Shown: positions 36,459 to 46,911, counted from the stretch's first letter. The stretch: 64,000 nt of DNA from Candidatus Binatia bacterium (GCA_038245295.1 JBBRSP010000008.1:64001-128000); one strand, 5' to 3'. The notes: a model not told the origin generated them from the letters alone. Translations and numbers: made by a program.

Positions 36459-37565
36459 TCAGAACCGTAGGCGCGACCGACGGCTGCGTTCGAGTCGCCG
36501 TTCGTAGGATCTTCCCATGCTGCCACCGAACAGGGCGCCGACGAAGAGCAGCAGAATGCCAAACGGCGAGAACGGTCCTTCGTCGGTCTTGGCCCGCACG
36601 GGGGTTGGCTCGGCGTCCATCGCCGCGCCGGGCGCGCCGGTCCCCAGCCGCTTGTCCAGTGCTTCGAGGCTACTCGCCATGCGCGCCAGCTCGCGCGCGA
36701 CATCGGGCGTAACAACCGGGGTAGCGAGAACGGAAGTCGGGGTTGCCGTCGGCATGGATTCAGAGCGGTGCTTCCACAGCGCCAGCTCTTCGCGTTGTGT
36801 CTCCAGCTGCGCTTCGAGCTCCTTGATACGCTTGGCGGCGGCCGGGTCGTTGAACACGCGCTCACGGGTTGGCGTGACCGATGGCCGCTCGGTGGCGGAG
36901 GGTACGAAACGCGTCGGCGTCGCCGTCTTTGGCGCGCGGGTCGGTGTCTCGGACGGGTGAGGGCGGGTATTGGTGGGCAACGGTGCCGTGGCGGTGGGCC
37001 GTGGTTGGGTTTCGGTTGGTCTTATCGAAGCGCTGCGGATTGGCGTTGCCGACGGCAAGCTGAGCCAGATCGCCGTGGCGGTTGGGCTTACCGGCCTCGC
37101 CACGGTGAACGTCGGCAACCTGAGCGGCGTTGTTGTCGGTACCAAGGTGATCGTGAATGTCGGCCGCGGCGTCGGCGTGCGCACCGCGAGTCGGGTTGGG
37201 GCGAGGCGCGTCGGGGTAGCGCGGATTGCCGTCGGCCGATGCTCCGGTTCGCCGGGGAACGAGAGAAATTGAGTGGCGACGTAGCCAACCTGGCCGCTGG
37301 CCGTGCTGATCCGTGTCCAGTCGCCGAGGGTGTCTTGAACTTCGACGGTACTGCCGCTGGGGATACTGGCGAAGGGTGGGAACTCGTTGCCCGGACCGCG
37401 TCGTACGAACACCTTCTCGGTGCCCGTAACAATCGCCATGGCGCCCTGGGCCATCGACGCGAGCGGGAGTGCCAACGCTATTCCGATAAGGACAAGCCCC
37501 ACGCCAAGCCACCGCTTCGTTGTGAAACGAGTCCGGTCGCGACAGCTCTGGGGTTGGGTCGTCAT
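36459..37565 (-). CDS. SH3b-domain protein with Pro/Thr-rich linker, coiled coil and C-terminal TM (YgiM-like)
   Basis: Signal peptide, VRRGPG..F...GDW..I...GQVGYV, long PT-rich stretch, C-terminal TM plus basic tail. Confidence 0.78.
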   Translation of the reverse strand: MTTQPQSCRDRTRFTTKRWLGVGLVLIGIALALPLASMAQGAMAIVTGTEKVFVRRGPGNEFPPFASIPSGSTVEVQDTLGDWTRISTASGQVGYVATQFLSFPGEPEHRPTAIRATPTRLAPTRLAVRTPTPRPTFTITLVPTTTPLRLPTFTVARPVSPTATAIWLSLPSATPIRSASIRPTETQPRPTATAPLPTNTRPHPSETPTRAPKTATPTRFVPSATERPSVTPTRERVFNDPAAAKRIKELEAQLETQREELALWKHRSESMPTATPTSVLATPVVTPDVARELARMASSLEALDKRLGTGAPGAAMDAEPTPVRAKTDEGPFSPFGILLLFVGALFGGSMGRSYERRLERSRRSRLRF

Positions 37566-37604
37566 CGAGCTGGGTTACGGTGCATCGCGGCTTCCATTGA
37601 AAAG

Positions 37605-37681
37605 TGGTCGGGGTGACTGGACTTGAACCAGCGGCCTCACGGTCCCGAACCGTGCGCTCTACCAGTCTGAGCTACACCCCG
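37605..37681 (-). tRNA. tRNA-Pro (anticodon CGG)
   Basis: CGGGGTGTAGCTCAGACTGGTAGAGCGCACGGTTCGGGACCGTGAGGCCGCTGGTTCAAGTCCAGTCACCCCGACCA folds as a cloverleaf with encoded CCA. Confidence 0.97.
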
Positions 37682-37929
37682 GCGACAAAAACTTTCAATG
37701 GAGGTCTCGATGCACCGAGGCGCGGTCCTAACACACTAAGTTGGATTTGCAACCAAACGGTCGCGCCGGGTGGTGGGGGCATTTCAACCGAGTGCCCATG
37801 AACTCAGTGCCACCGCGTTGTTGGAGACCAAGCTCCCCCTCTCCCACTTCGAATGGATTTGTCGATCGGTGGGAGAGGTCGGGGTCAATGTCGTTAAGTT
37901 CGCGAGAGAAGTGCGTCGTCCCGGCCTCC

Positions 37930-38089
37930 GCGTCTGTCGACTTTCTCTGATTCATCGTTTGAAACAGCGCAAACACCCCCGTCATACCGGCGAAAGCCGG
38001 TATCTCCCCAGCATTCTCGGCCTTCTACTCGAGGAGATCCCGGCTTTCGCCGGGATGACGTTGCCTCATTTCAGTTTATCGACAGTCTC
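37930..38089. mobile_element. MITE (160 bp), GAGACTGTCGA family, carrying a CGTC-REP pair
   Basis: Ends GCGTCTGTCGA...TCGACAGTCTC. Flanked by 4-bp direct repeat CTCC (37926-37929, 38090-38093). Confidence 0.75.
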
Positions 38090-38274
38090 CTCCTCCGGTA
38101 TGACGAGGCTCCGCATTGGCCCTCACCCTCGCTTAACGACATTGGGGTCGGGGTGAGGGGGCTTTGCACGTAAATTTGACGATCAACCAGCGTTCAGCTC
38201 ACCGCAGGCTGAAGCCTGCGCCTACCACGCTGAATCCACTGGCGAATGCCTCGCGCCGGCCGGCCCAATCCCCG

Positions 38275-38964
38275 CTACTCATCAGCCGCGGCGGCGCCGC
38301 GTTCGGCGTTGGCGCGCATCTCGGCGATGGTCGCCACATAATCTTTTGCCTTGAAGACACCCGAGCCCGAGACCAACACCTCGGCGCCGGCTTCGGCCAC
38401 CAGCTCCGCATTGTCCGTCTTGATACCGCCGTCGATCTCGATCAGGAACGACAACCCATGCGCAGCCCGATAACGTTTGGCCTCGCGCACCTTGTCCAAC
38501 ACCGAGCCGATAAACCCTTGCGCCCCGAAGCCCGGGTGGACACTCATCACCAGCAACATATCGACCTGATCAAGCACCGGAATCGCGGCGCTCAGCGGCG
38601 TATCGGGATTGATCACCACTCCCGGTTTCACCCCAGCGGCGCGAATGTCGGCGATCACCTGGCGCAGATCACCTTTGATCTCGGCGTGCACCGACAGGTA
38701 ATCGGTGCCGGTTTCGGCAAACGCGGCGACGTACTTCTCCGGTTCAGAGATCATCAGATGTGTGTCGACGACGATCTTGGTGCTGCGTCGAACCGCCTTC
38801 ACGATATCCGGCCCAAGGCTGAGATTGGGTACGAAGTGACCGTCCATGACATCCACGTGTATCCAGTCGGCACCGGCCTCGGCCACGGCCTTCACCTCGG
38901 CGCCCAGCTTCGTGAAGTCGGCACTCAGGATGGAGGGAGCAATTCGAATCACGCTGGGCTGCAT
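38275..38964 (-). CDS. rpe: ribulose-phosphate 3-epimerase
   Basis: IAPSILSAD, HVDVMDGHFVPN, HLMI, MSV.PGFG.Q, IDGG. Confidence 0.97.
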   Translation of the reverse strand: MQPSVIRIAPSILSADFTKLGAEVKAVAEAGADWIHVDVMDGHFVPNLSLGPDIVKAVRRSTKIVVDTHLMISEPEKYVAAFAETGTDYLSVHAEIKGDLRQVIADIRAAGVKPGVVINPDTPLSAAIPVLDQVDMLLVMSVHPGFGAQGFIGSVLDKVREAKRYRAAHGLSFLIEIDGGIKTDNAELVAEAGAEVLVSGSGVFKAKDYVATIAEMRANAERGAAAADE

Positions 38965-39321
38965 ATCCTTAGCCGCGCCGCGGCACAACATTGGCCCGTG
39001 ACCGTTGACGACAGTGCTCCCTAAGCGCCGGGCTTTCGCTCGTATGCGTCGTGTTCACGAGGAAAGATGCCGCCACTACGAGGCTCGGCAAGACGAGTGT
39101 TGTGCCCCAGATTGCTGCGATCGTCACGGCGCGCCACGCAACGCCCATCATCCTGTCTCCCCGGCTCGCAACTTGCTCGACCTTGTAGAGCGAAGTCAAC
39201 TCGTGGCTTGCGTCTTCGTGAGAGGAACATTGTGTTGCTCTTGATCTGGATTTGCTCATTGCGGAGTCGGGTTCGGCACGGCCAGGCGGCTTTGCACGCC
39301 AATTCTTCCAGGAGACGATGT

Positions 39322-39968
39322 TCAAATTCCCCCGCGGACTGCTCGGATCGCGTCTGAACCGATCTTGACCGCGCGGACCGGCTCTCCATCGCTGACTTGG
39401 ACTGCCCAGACGAGAGAAGCATCGGGAAGAACATTCGTGCCCGACCAAGTGTCGAGCGAAGGGGCCAGGCCAAGAGCAGGATCGACGCAGGGCTCCGAAG
39501 GACACCTGCATATGGCCCCCAAGCCCGCTCCCGAGCAGCGAAAATCGAGGGTTGGGGTCTGAATCTCAGCGAGCGTCGGAAGACGCCAACCGTTCGCCCC
39601 GGCAAATCCCGCTCCGCTATTCATTGTCGCGAGAGCGTTTGTGAAAACGGTGCCGTCCTCCGCGTATGAGGGATTCGTGCTCCACGAGAAACTCGCCCCG
39701 ACATGCGTGTGGTTCCCATCAGGGAAACGCTTGCCTGAAACGCAGTCCACCTTCTGAAATAACTGTGTCGACACTTCGAGTGCGCCGCATACTTGTCGGG
39801 GAAAAGCCCCTTCGCCTCCTTTGCCAGAACCGCGTCCACGCAGCTGACGTATCTCTTCCAAGCAGTGATGCGCTGATAGTCGCAATTCTGCTGTGCCGTC
39901 GGCGCTGCGATGGCGGCAGTCGCGTTGAGCAGTGCGGCGCCTACCCTGATCAAGATGGCTTTTGTCAT
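39322..39968 (-). pseudogene. disrupted secreted DUF1566 (Lcl C-terminal domain) gene
   Basis: N-terminal frame (signal peptide and Cys-containing region) and C-terminal frame (GFAGANGWRLPTLAEI...W..T...VW.V...IRAVRGG) differ, switching near 39700. The usual DNGDGTV.D..TGL.W segment is absent. Confidence 0.65.
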
Positions 39969-40262
39969 TCCACGGTTCTGCTCCGGTGCGGTAGCCGCAG
40001 GCAAGGGACGACGGTTCGCGGCGTGCGCTGACCGCCAGTTGTTCGGCGACGCATCCAGAAATCATCATGGCGCGGCCTGCGGTGGCAAGGTTAGCAGTCC
40101 GTTGAAGTAGTCCGATTCTCAGATTTCCCCGTCTTCTCTTCCTCAATCGGGGAGCTTGGCGCGATATGCTTTGGAGCGACGCGCGGTCGAGCAGAACACT
40201 TTTGCGTTAGCGCCCCGACCGCTCCCAGGGGCTTTGCACGCCGATTCGTATTTGGAGCACTC

Positions 40263-40338
40263 CGCAGGCTGAAGCCTGCGCCTACCGGTTCCCATTCCGC
40301 CTGTGGTTGGAACTCCGCAGGCTGAAGCCTGCGCCTAC
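40263..40338 (-). repeat. GTAG-type REP tandem pair
   Basis: CGCAGGCTGAAGCCTGCGCCTAC at 40263-40285 and 40316-40338. Single copies also at 32330, 38203 and 52603. Confidence 0.85.
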
Positions 40339-40342
40339 CGGA

Positions 40343-41767
40343 TCAAGCCATAGAGGTCGTCGGGCGCCGCTTCATCCGGGCGGCGAAGAAGCCTGCCATG
40401 TTGTGACGGTGCGGCAACGTTCGCACCATCCCGTCGGCGTCGACGAGTGGTTGGGCCATTGCCGGCAACACGGCCGCCGCCGATTCGATCTCGAAGTCGG
40501 GGTGTGTATTCAGGAATGCGGCGATGACGTCGTCATTCTCCTCGCGCAACAGAGTGCAGGTCGAATAGACGAGGGCGCCGCCGGGCTTCACCATCGCCGC
40601 GACTCGATCGAGGATCTGCTTCTGCAACGCCGCTACCTGCTTCACGTCGTCCAGAATACGACGCCAGCGGATCTCTGGATGCTCGCGCAGAGTGCCGAGG
40701 CCCGAGCAGGGGGCATCAACCAGCACGACGTCAAAGCCGTTGCCCGGATCCGTCCACGTCGTCGCATCGGCCACCTCGGCGCGAATGCTGTGCAGGTGCA
40801 GACGGCGCGCCGCCTGACGCACGCGCTCGACACCCTCGGGATGCGGATCGAGGGCGATGATTTGACCGCGATCCTGCATCTGTTCCGCCAGGTGTGTTGT
40901 TTTTCCACCCGGCGCGGCACAGGCGTCGAGGACACGCTGGCCGGGTTGTGGCGCCGCCAGCAGTCCAACGATCTGCGACGCCTCATTTTGGATCGTCCCG
41001 CTCTCCCCGAGGTCGAGCACCGACGACGTTCCCTCCAGACGTAATCCGACCGGCGAGTAGCGCGCCGGAATCGCCGCGATGTCACGCGCCACGAGCTCTT
41101 TGGTCAATGTCTCGATGGGCTGCTTCAGCAGATTGACGCGCAGCAACGTCGGCGCCGCTTCGTTGTTGGATTCGAGCAAGGCCTCGGTCTCGACGCGTCC
41201 GAACATGTCGAGCCACCGTTCGACGAGCCAACGCGGATGCGACCACTGTATCGCCAGGTAACCGACGAAGTCTTTCTTGGGCGACGGAAGCGCTACCTCC
41301 TGCCACGACGGTACGGCGCGTCGCAGCACGGCATTCACCATGCCGGCGGCGCCGCCATTGCGATGCGACTTGATGAGATCAACCGCCGTGTTCACCGCCG
41401 CGAAGCTCGGGATGCGATCCAATTTGGCCGCCTGATAAAGCCCAAGGCGCAAGATCGTGCGCACCGGGATCTCCAGCTTCTCGATCGGCTGGGAACAGTA
41501 CTTGGCCAGAACGTGGTCGAGAAACCCTTGCCACGCAATTGTGCCGTAGACGAGGCGTGTCACCAGACCCTGATCACGCGGCGCCAGCCCACTGGCTGGC
41601 AAGCGGCTGCCGACAAGGGCATCGGCGTAACCACCATCCTCTACCAGTTGAAGAATCTGCCAGGCCAACGCTCGCGCGTCCTGCGGCGGTCGCGTTGCCG
41701 GGCGTCGGCGAATGACGTGTCCGGTGCGTTGTTCAGACGGCGGGTCCTTCTCTTGATCATTACCCAT
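40343..41767 (-). CDS. rsmB: 16S rRNA m5C967 methyltransferase RsmB/Sun
   Basis: NusB-like N-terminal domain, SHPRW, DACAAPGGKT, DAPCSGLG, YSTCT. Confidence 0.95.
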   Translation of the reverse strand: MGNDQEKDPPSEQRTGHVIRRRPATRPPQDARALAWQILQLVEDGGYADALVGSRLPASGLAPRDQGLVTRLVYGTIAWQGFLDHVLAKYCSQPIEKLEIPVRTILRLGLYQAAKLDRIPSFAAVNTAVDLIKSHRNGGAAGMVNAVLRRAVPSWQEVALPSPKKDFVGYLAIQWSHPRWLVERWLDMFGRVETEALLESNNEAAPTLLRVNLLKQPIETLTKELVARDIAAIPARYSPVGLRLEGTSSVLDLGESGTIQNEASQIVGLLAAPQPGQRVLDACAAPGGKTTHLAEQMQDRGQIIALDPHPEGVERVRQAARRLHLHSIRAEVADATTWTDPGNGFDVVLVDAPCSGLGTLREHPEIRWRRILDDVKQVAALQKQILDRVAAMVKPGGALVYSTCTLLREENDDVIAAFLNTHPDFEIESAAAVLPAMAQPLVDADGMVRTLPHRHNMAGFFAARMKRRPTTSMA

Positions 41768-41770
41768 GAA

Positions 41771-42694
41771 TCAACCGCCGAGCTTGACGCCGCTACGTAA
41801 GGCGCCGCCGCGGGCACAATCGCGGGCGCTCATACGTTTGCGTCCTTCGACTTGAACCTCTTCGAGAACTAGGACTCCCGAACCCGTTCCCACGTGCACC
41901 GAAACTCCATCGTCGCTCACTTCTCCGGCGCGCCCCACCGCCGCCGCCGGGTGGGCGCGGTGGATCTTGAGCAGCTTGCCTTCCAGCGTCGTGAAGGCGG
42001 ACGGCCACGGGTTGAAGGCGCGCACCTGACGGCCGATTGCCGCAGCTGGTCGCTGCCAGTCGATACGCCCCTGTTCCTTCTCGATCATCGGCGCGTAGGT
42101 CACCAACGCTTCGTCTTGCACCTGCGGCACGAGCCGTCCGTCGGGCAGTTGCGCCAAGGCCTCGACGAGCGCCGCGGCGCCGATGTCGGCCAGGCGCGAT
42201 TGCAATTCCCCATAACTCTCGGTGTCGGAGATCGGTGTTACACGCTGCAGCAGAATATCGCCGGCGTCCATCTTTTCGCTCATCTGCATGATCGTTACGC
42301 CCGTTGTCGGATCACCTTCGAAGATGGCCCACTGAATCGGCGCGGCGCCGCGATGACGTGGCAGCAGCGACGCATGCACATTGATGCAGCCCCAGCGCGG
42401 CAAGTCGAGAATCGTTTTGGGAAGAATTTTGCCATACGCGGCAACCGCGATGAGCTCCGGTTGCCAGGCGCGTAGTGCTTCGAAGAACTCCGGATCGCGC
42501 GCCTTGGCCGGTTGCAGCAGCGGCAGTCTCAGCTCGATCGCTGCCAGTTTCACCGGCGGTGCCGCGACATGTTGCCCGCGCCCCGCCGGCTTATCGGCTT
42601 GGCAGACGACGCCAACCACCGAATGTCCGGCCGCCAGCAAGTGGCGCAGCGGCGCGACCGCGAACTCGGGCGTTCCGAAATAGACGATACGCAT
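41771..42694 (-). CDS. fmt: methionyl-tRNA formyltransferase
   Basis: GTPEFA, NVHASLLPRHRGAAPI, MDAGD, RAFNPWP. Confidence 0.97.
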   Translation of the reverse strand: MRIVYFGTPEFAVAPLRHLLAAGHSVVGVVCQADKPAGRGQHVAAPPVKLAAIELRLPLLQPAKARDPEFFEALRAWQPELIAVAAYGKILPKTILDLPRWGCINVHASLLPRHRGAAPIQWAIFEGDPTTGVTIMQMSEKMDAGDILLQRVTPISDTESYGELQSRLADIGAAALVEALAQLPDGRLVPQVQDEALVTYAPMIEKEQGRIDWQRPAAAIGRQVRAFNPWPSAFTTLEGKLLKIHRAHPAAAVGRAGEVSDDGVSVHVGTGSGVLVLEEVQVEGRKRMSARDCARGGALRSGVKLGG

Positions 42695-44193
42695 CAGAAG
42701 GCTGCCGCAAAGCGCTCGGCGGTTTCACGTGTCGCGCTGGTGTAGGTGGAGCTGAAACACTGGCTCGGTTGGGATTCCTTCACCAGTTGAACGATAACCT
42801 GCGGATCACGGCGCAACAGCGGCGTCGGTGCCACCGCCGCCGGCATCCGTAGATTGAGGCCGCCGATGCGCAACACGACACGCGCCTTGCCGGTGCCGGG
42901 CACGAGGGTGATTGCCTTCATCCCATCCACCGCGGCGGTGCGATCACGATACTTGAAGCCGTCGCGTCGCATGGCCGTCCAGTTGTTCCCCGCCAACACG
43001 CGGGCGCTGCCGGCCAGCGCCGCCACGCCGCCGCTTGATTGGTAAACGCAAAGCGAGAAGCCTGGACCAGCAGTCGTCGGATCGCCGAACAGAGCGGCCG
43101 TGGGGATCGTACCTTTGCGCCAAGACCACGCCAACGTATCGCGCTTCGTGCCGAGCCGCCGCACGGTCAAACGCGATGCTCCCGGCGTGAGGCAGTCGTT
43201 GCGCGGCTGCGCCGCACATGTGCTCAGGCGCAACGTCAATGCCAGCTGATCGGCGAAACCACCGTCATCGGATACGAGCACCAGACTATGGTCGCCATTG
43301 GCCAAACGCGGCCCGATGCTGATGCCTTCGAAGTTTGCCGTCGTGTAGGTGTTCTCCCACAGCAGCGTCTTGCTGATCGGCGTGAAGGAGGCCGATGCCA
43401 GGGACGCGTCGGCTGACGTGTCTGTAGCGGTGCTGCGGTCGAGGGCATAGATCCGTGACCGGAAGAAGGTGTCGCGTCCGAAGGCGCGTTCGAGAGCCAG
43501 CAATTCGCCGTCTGGAAGGACGAGAAGATCCGACACGCCGCTCGCTTCGACGTCGCGTCCGGGCATCAATAGATCACCCGGGATCTCGTCGGTCATGTAC
43601 GCCCACTGTCCGGCAGCATTGCCGTTGGCGTCGAAGCGCTGCACACGGATGGTTGAGCCGTGGGTGAAGTTAGAGACTGGTCCGTCGATGCTGAGTGCCT
43701 CTTCGTTGGCGGTCCACAACGCTCCACTGCGCGGATCACGCGCTAGCGACTCGAGAGAGAGATTGCTGCGCACCGAGCTGAAGACGGCGGGCAGGGCGAG
43801 GGTCGCTATTTCGGCGCCACCACTCAGGGAAAAGCGGCGAATAGCCGGTCCGGTTTCGTCGCTGATCCACGCCGACAGGCCATCGCCGGCCAACGCAATC
43901 CCTTCGAGATCGTAGCCGGTGACATACGCCGCGGTGCCGGCACTGGCGCTCTGGATCGCACCGGTGGTTGGATCGAGCACGACGTTCAGCGGGTACAGCC
44001 GTGCGCCGTCGTCGGAGACAGCGAAATATTGTGACCCGCCGGCCCAGGCGATGCCGCTGAGCTCCGAAGCGCCGCCTGTTCCAGCATCGATCGGGTAGGC
44101 ATCCTGGTCGGAGGAGCCGACGGTCCACGCCTGTACCGCCGCGACGCAGGACACGAGCGCCGCTGCCAATACAAAGCCACCGCGACAACGCAT
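42694..44193 (-). CDS. secreted 'esterase-like activity of phytase' beta-propeller protein with Cys-bounded C-terminal domain
   Basis: Signal peptide, ELSGI, VSDD, DLEGI, SDE, NLSLESL, LALER, NFEGI, VSDD. Confidence 0.8.
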   Translation of the reverse strand: MRCRGGFVLAAALVSCVAAVQAWTVGSSDQDAYPIDAGTGGASELSGIAWAGGSQYFAVSDDGARLYPLNVVLDPTTGAIQSASAGTAAYVTGYDLEGIALAGDGLSAWISDETGPAIRRFSLSGGAEIATLALPAVFSSVRSNLSLESLARDPRSGALWTANEEALSIDGPVSNFTHGSTIRVQRFDANGNAAGQWAYMTDEIPGDLLMPGRDVEASGVSDLLVLPDGELLALERAFGRDTFFRSRIYALDRSTATDTSADASLASASFTPISKTLLWENTYTTANFEGISIGPRLANGDHSLVLVSDDGGFADQLALTLRLSTCAAQPRNDCLTPGASRLTVRRLGTKRDTLAWSWRKGTIPTAALFGDPTTAGPGFSLCVYQSSGGVAALAGSARVLAGNNWTAMRRDGFKYRDRTAAVDGMKAITLVPGTGKARVVLRIGGLNLRMPAAVAPTPLLRRDPQVIVQLVKESQPSQCFSSTYTSATRETAERFAAAF

Positions 44194-44736
44194 TCAGATG
44201 CCTATGTGGTCCTTCGACGGCGGCGGCATCTCGCCGTCGCGCAGCCACTTCTTGACCTTGCGCTTATAGAGATCGCGCTTCAGCCGACTGATGCGATCGA
44301 TGAACAGCTTGCCTTCGAGATGGTCGATCTCGTGTTGCAGCGCGACGGCGAACAGATCTTCCGCCTCGATGGCGATCTCGGTTTGATCCACCGACCAACC
44401 TTTCACCAGAACACGCTTGGCGCGTGTCACCTCGGCGTTGAAGTCGATGACACTCAGGCAACCTTCTTCCCAGACAATCGTGCCCTCGGCTTCGGCGATG
44501 ACTGGGTTGATGAGTTTGACGAGATTTTTCCCAGGATTTTCCGTATCGACGTCGAGCACGATGACACGCTCGGCGACGCCGACCTGCGGCGCGGCCAGAC
44601 CAATACCCGGCGCTTTGTACATCGTCTCGACCATATCCTGGACGAGACTGCTGATGTCGCCGGTAATGTTTTCGACGGGCGCCGCCTTCTCCTTCAGGGA
44701 AGCTGCCGGAAACGTAAGGATGATCCGCGTTGCCAT
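44194..44736 (-). CDS. def: peptide deformylase
   Basis: GIGLAAPQ, EGCLS, QHEIDH. Confidence 0.97.
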   Translation of the reverse strand: MATRIILTFPAASLKEKAAPVENITGDISSLVQDMVETMYKAPGIGLAAPQVGVAERVIVLDVDTENPGKNLVKLINPVIAEAEGTIVWEEGCLSVIDFNAEVTRAKRVLVKGWSVDQTEIAIEAEDLFAVALQHEIDHLEGKLFIDRISRLKRDLYKRKVKKWLRDGEMPPPSKDHIGI

Positions 44737-44888
44737 AGGCGTTCACCTTTAAGAGCCAAACCCCGCCCTCGCAAGGCCGCTGTCGGCGACGCCGACGGTT
44801 TCACCCGTCACCCGTCACTCTTTTTTGAATGTGCCGTCGCGTCGCAGCGTCACTGCCAAAAGCGCAATCTAATCCTAAGGAGGCCCAC

Positions 44889-45308
44889 ATGCGTAAGCGG
44901 CTGCGTGGTGAGGCAGGGTTCACTCTCATCGAGATAATGGTCGTCGTGTTCATCCTGGGGCTCTTGGTGACCCTGGTGGCGCCAAAGATCATCGGCAAGA
45001 CCGAGGAAGCACGGCGCACGGCGGCCAAGGCCGACGTCAAAGCCATCGAACAAGCGCTCGAAATGTTCCATCTCGACAATGGTGTGTTCCCGACGAGTGC
45101 CGATGGTCTGGAGGCGCTGGTCACTTGCCCGTCGAGCGCCCGCAACTGCTTGCCCGACGGCTACCTGAAGGAAAACAAGAGAGATCCCTGGGGCAATCCC
45201 TATGTCTTCTTTACCGATGGCAGACACGTGCTGGTCAAGTCGTACGGTGCCGACGGCCACGAAGGCGGCGACGGACACGCTGCCGACATCAGCAGCTCCA
45301 GCATCTGA
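44889..45308 (+). CDS. gspG: type II secretion major pseudopilin
   Basis: GFTLIEIMVVV prepilin motif, F.LDNG.FP, DPWGNPY, SYGADG.EGG. Confidence 0.9.
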   Translation: MRKRLRGEAGFTLIEIMVVVFILGLLVTLVAPKIIGKTEEARRTAAKADVKAIEQALEMFHLDNGVFPTSADGLEALVTCPSSARNCLPDGYLKENKRDPWGNPYVFFTDGRHVLVKSYGADGHEGGDGHAADISSSSI

Positions 45309-45366
45309 ACAACCACCGCGCAAACGTCTGGCGTTGGTCAGCCCGATATCAGGTGCAAACCCCGCC

Positions 45367-46911
45367 TCACCTCAAACGCTCGAGCAAATGGTCGCCGACG
45401 CGCAGCGCATTGGCCATGATTGTCAACGCCGGATTGACCGCCGAGCTCGAGGCGAAGAATGCGCCGTCGACCACGTAGAGGTTGTCCACGTCATGGGCTT
45501 TGCAATTCGTGTCGAGGACAGAGGTCTTGGCATCGAGCCCGAACCGGCAAGTGCCGTTTTGATGGGCGACGCCGGCGAGCGGGATGCGGCCCGGCACATA
45601 GGCCTGCAGCGGCACGAGATGGTCGTGGCAACCGATCTCTTTGAGCATTGCCTTCAGGGCACCTTGCAGACGCGTGTGTGCCACTTCGTTGTTCGGTGTG
45701 TACGACACCTGGATGCCGCCGCTCTCCGTGAGACTGATGCGGTTGTTGGGATCCGGCAGGTCTTCGGTTGTCAGCCAGAAGGGCAGGGTATGATTGGCCA
45801 TGATCTCGAGTGTCATGCCTGGGACGATCCGCGGTGCCCCGAGGCGCAGGATGTTGGCGTCGACGTTGCCGATCATCGAGATGTGCCCCATCGGGAACTC
45901 CCAGTCGGTCGACGCGTGGTACCAGTCGTTGAGCCCGAAGGTCTTGTTGAAGCGGGTCGGGTTCTTATCGCGCGATACGGCGAGAAACATGGTGTTGACG
46001 TGGCACATGTAGTTGCGCCCGGCCTGATCCGAGCTGTTGGCCAGGCCGTGCGGGTGGCGATCGTTGGCCGAGCGCAACAGCAATGCCGCGGAGTTGATGG
46101 CGCCGGCGGAGGACACGATGACGTCGGCGCTGTAGGCCTCGTCGGCCCCGTTGCGCACGACGTGCACCTTGGTGACCTCGCGCCCCGAGGCGCTGGTCTC
46201 CAAACGCTTCACATAGGCGTCGGTGAGTAGTGAAACGTTGGCGTGCTCGAGCGCCGGATCGACGCAGACAACCTGCGCATCGGCCTTCGCATAAACCAAG
46301 CACGGGTAGCCATCGCACGTGTTGCAGCGGATGCACTTGCTCTTCTCAGGGCGTGCCTCGTCGCGCATGATGCCTACCGGCATCGGAAACGGCCGATGCC
46401 CCAGACGTTTCATGTCGTCGACGAGCTCCTGGATGCGCGGCTCGTGACTCAAGGGAGCGTGCAAGTACGGCGCGCCGGCGGTCGGCTCGGTCGGATCCGT
46501 GCCGCGCTCACCGTGCACTTGATACAAATGCTCCGCCTGCGTGTAGTAGGGCTCGAGCTGCTCGTAGGAGATCGGCCACGCCGGCGAGACGCCACCCTGA
46601 TGCCGCACTTCGCCGAAGTCCTGTTGGCGCAGGCGGATCAGCGCGGCGCCGTAGAATTTGGTGTTACCGCCTACAAAATAGTGTGCCCCGGCGTGGAACT
46701 CCTTGCCCTGCTTGTCGAACCAGGCCTCTTTGATGTTGTAGCGCGCCTCGACATTGACGGCGTGTGAATCCCAGTTTTCCTTCTCGCGCGGCACGTACGG
46801 CCCGCGCTCGATCAGCAGGATGCGCTTGCCGGATGGCGCCAACTTGTAGGCGAGAGTTCCGCCGCCGGCGCCGCTACCGATGATGATGACGTCATAATGA
46901 TTGTCAGCCAT
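45367..46911 (-). CDS. GMC family FAD oxidoreductase
   Basis: GSGAGG, VGGNTKFYGA, CIRCNTCDGYPC, AHQNGTCRFG, VNPALT. Confidence 0.92.
   Translation of the reverse strand: MADNHYDVIIIGSGAGGGTLAYKLAPSGKRILLIERGPYVPREKENWDSHAVNVEARYNIKEAWFDKQGKEFHAGAHYFVGGNTKFYGAALIRLRQQDFGEVRHQGGVSPAWPISYEQLEPYYTQAEHLYQVHGERGTDPTEPTAGAPYLHAPLSHEPRIQELVDDMKRLGHRPFPMPVGIMRDEARPEKSKCIRCNTCDGYPCLVYAKADAQVVCVDPALEHANVSLLTDAYVKRLETSASGREVTKVHVVRNGADEAYSADVIVSSAGAINSAALLLRSANDRHPHGLANSSDQAGRNYMCHVNTMFLAVSRDKNPTRFNKTFGLNDWYHASTDWEFPMGHISMIGNVDANILRLGAPRIVPGMTLEIMANHTLPFWLTTEDLPDPNNRISLTESGGIQVSYTPNNEVAHTRLQGALKAMLKEIGCHDHLVPLQAYVPGRIPLAGVAHQNGTCRFGLDAKTSVLDTNCKAHDVDNLYVVDGAFFASSSAVNPALTIMANALRVGDHLLERLR

Noticed and set aside
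37605..37681. tRNA-Pro as an island or prophage attachment site
   Set aside because: No integrase and no duplicated tRNA 3' end was seen. Housekeeping-type genes follow directly.
40156..40170. Possible sigma54 promoter TGGCGCGATATGCT
   Set aside because: Spacing between -24 and -12 is one base short and there is no plausible downstream gene on that strand.
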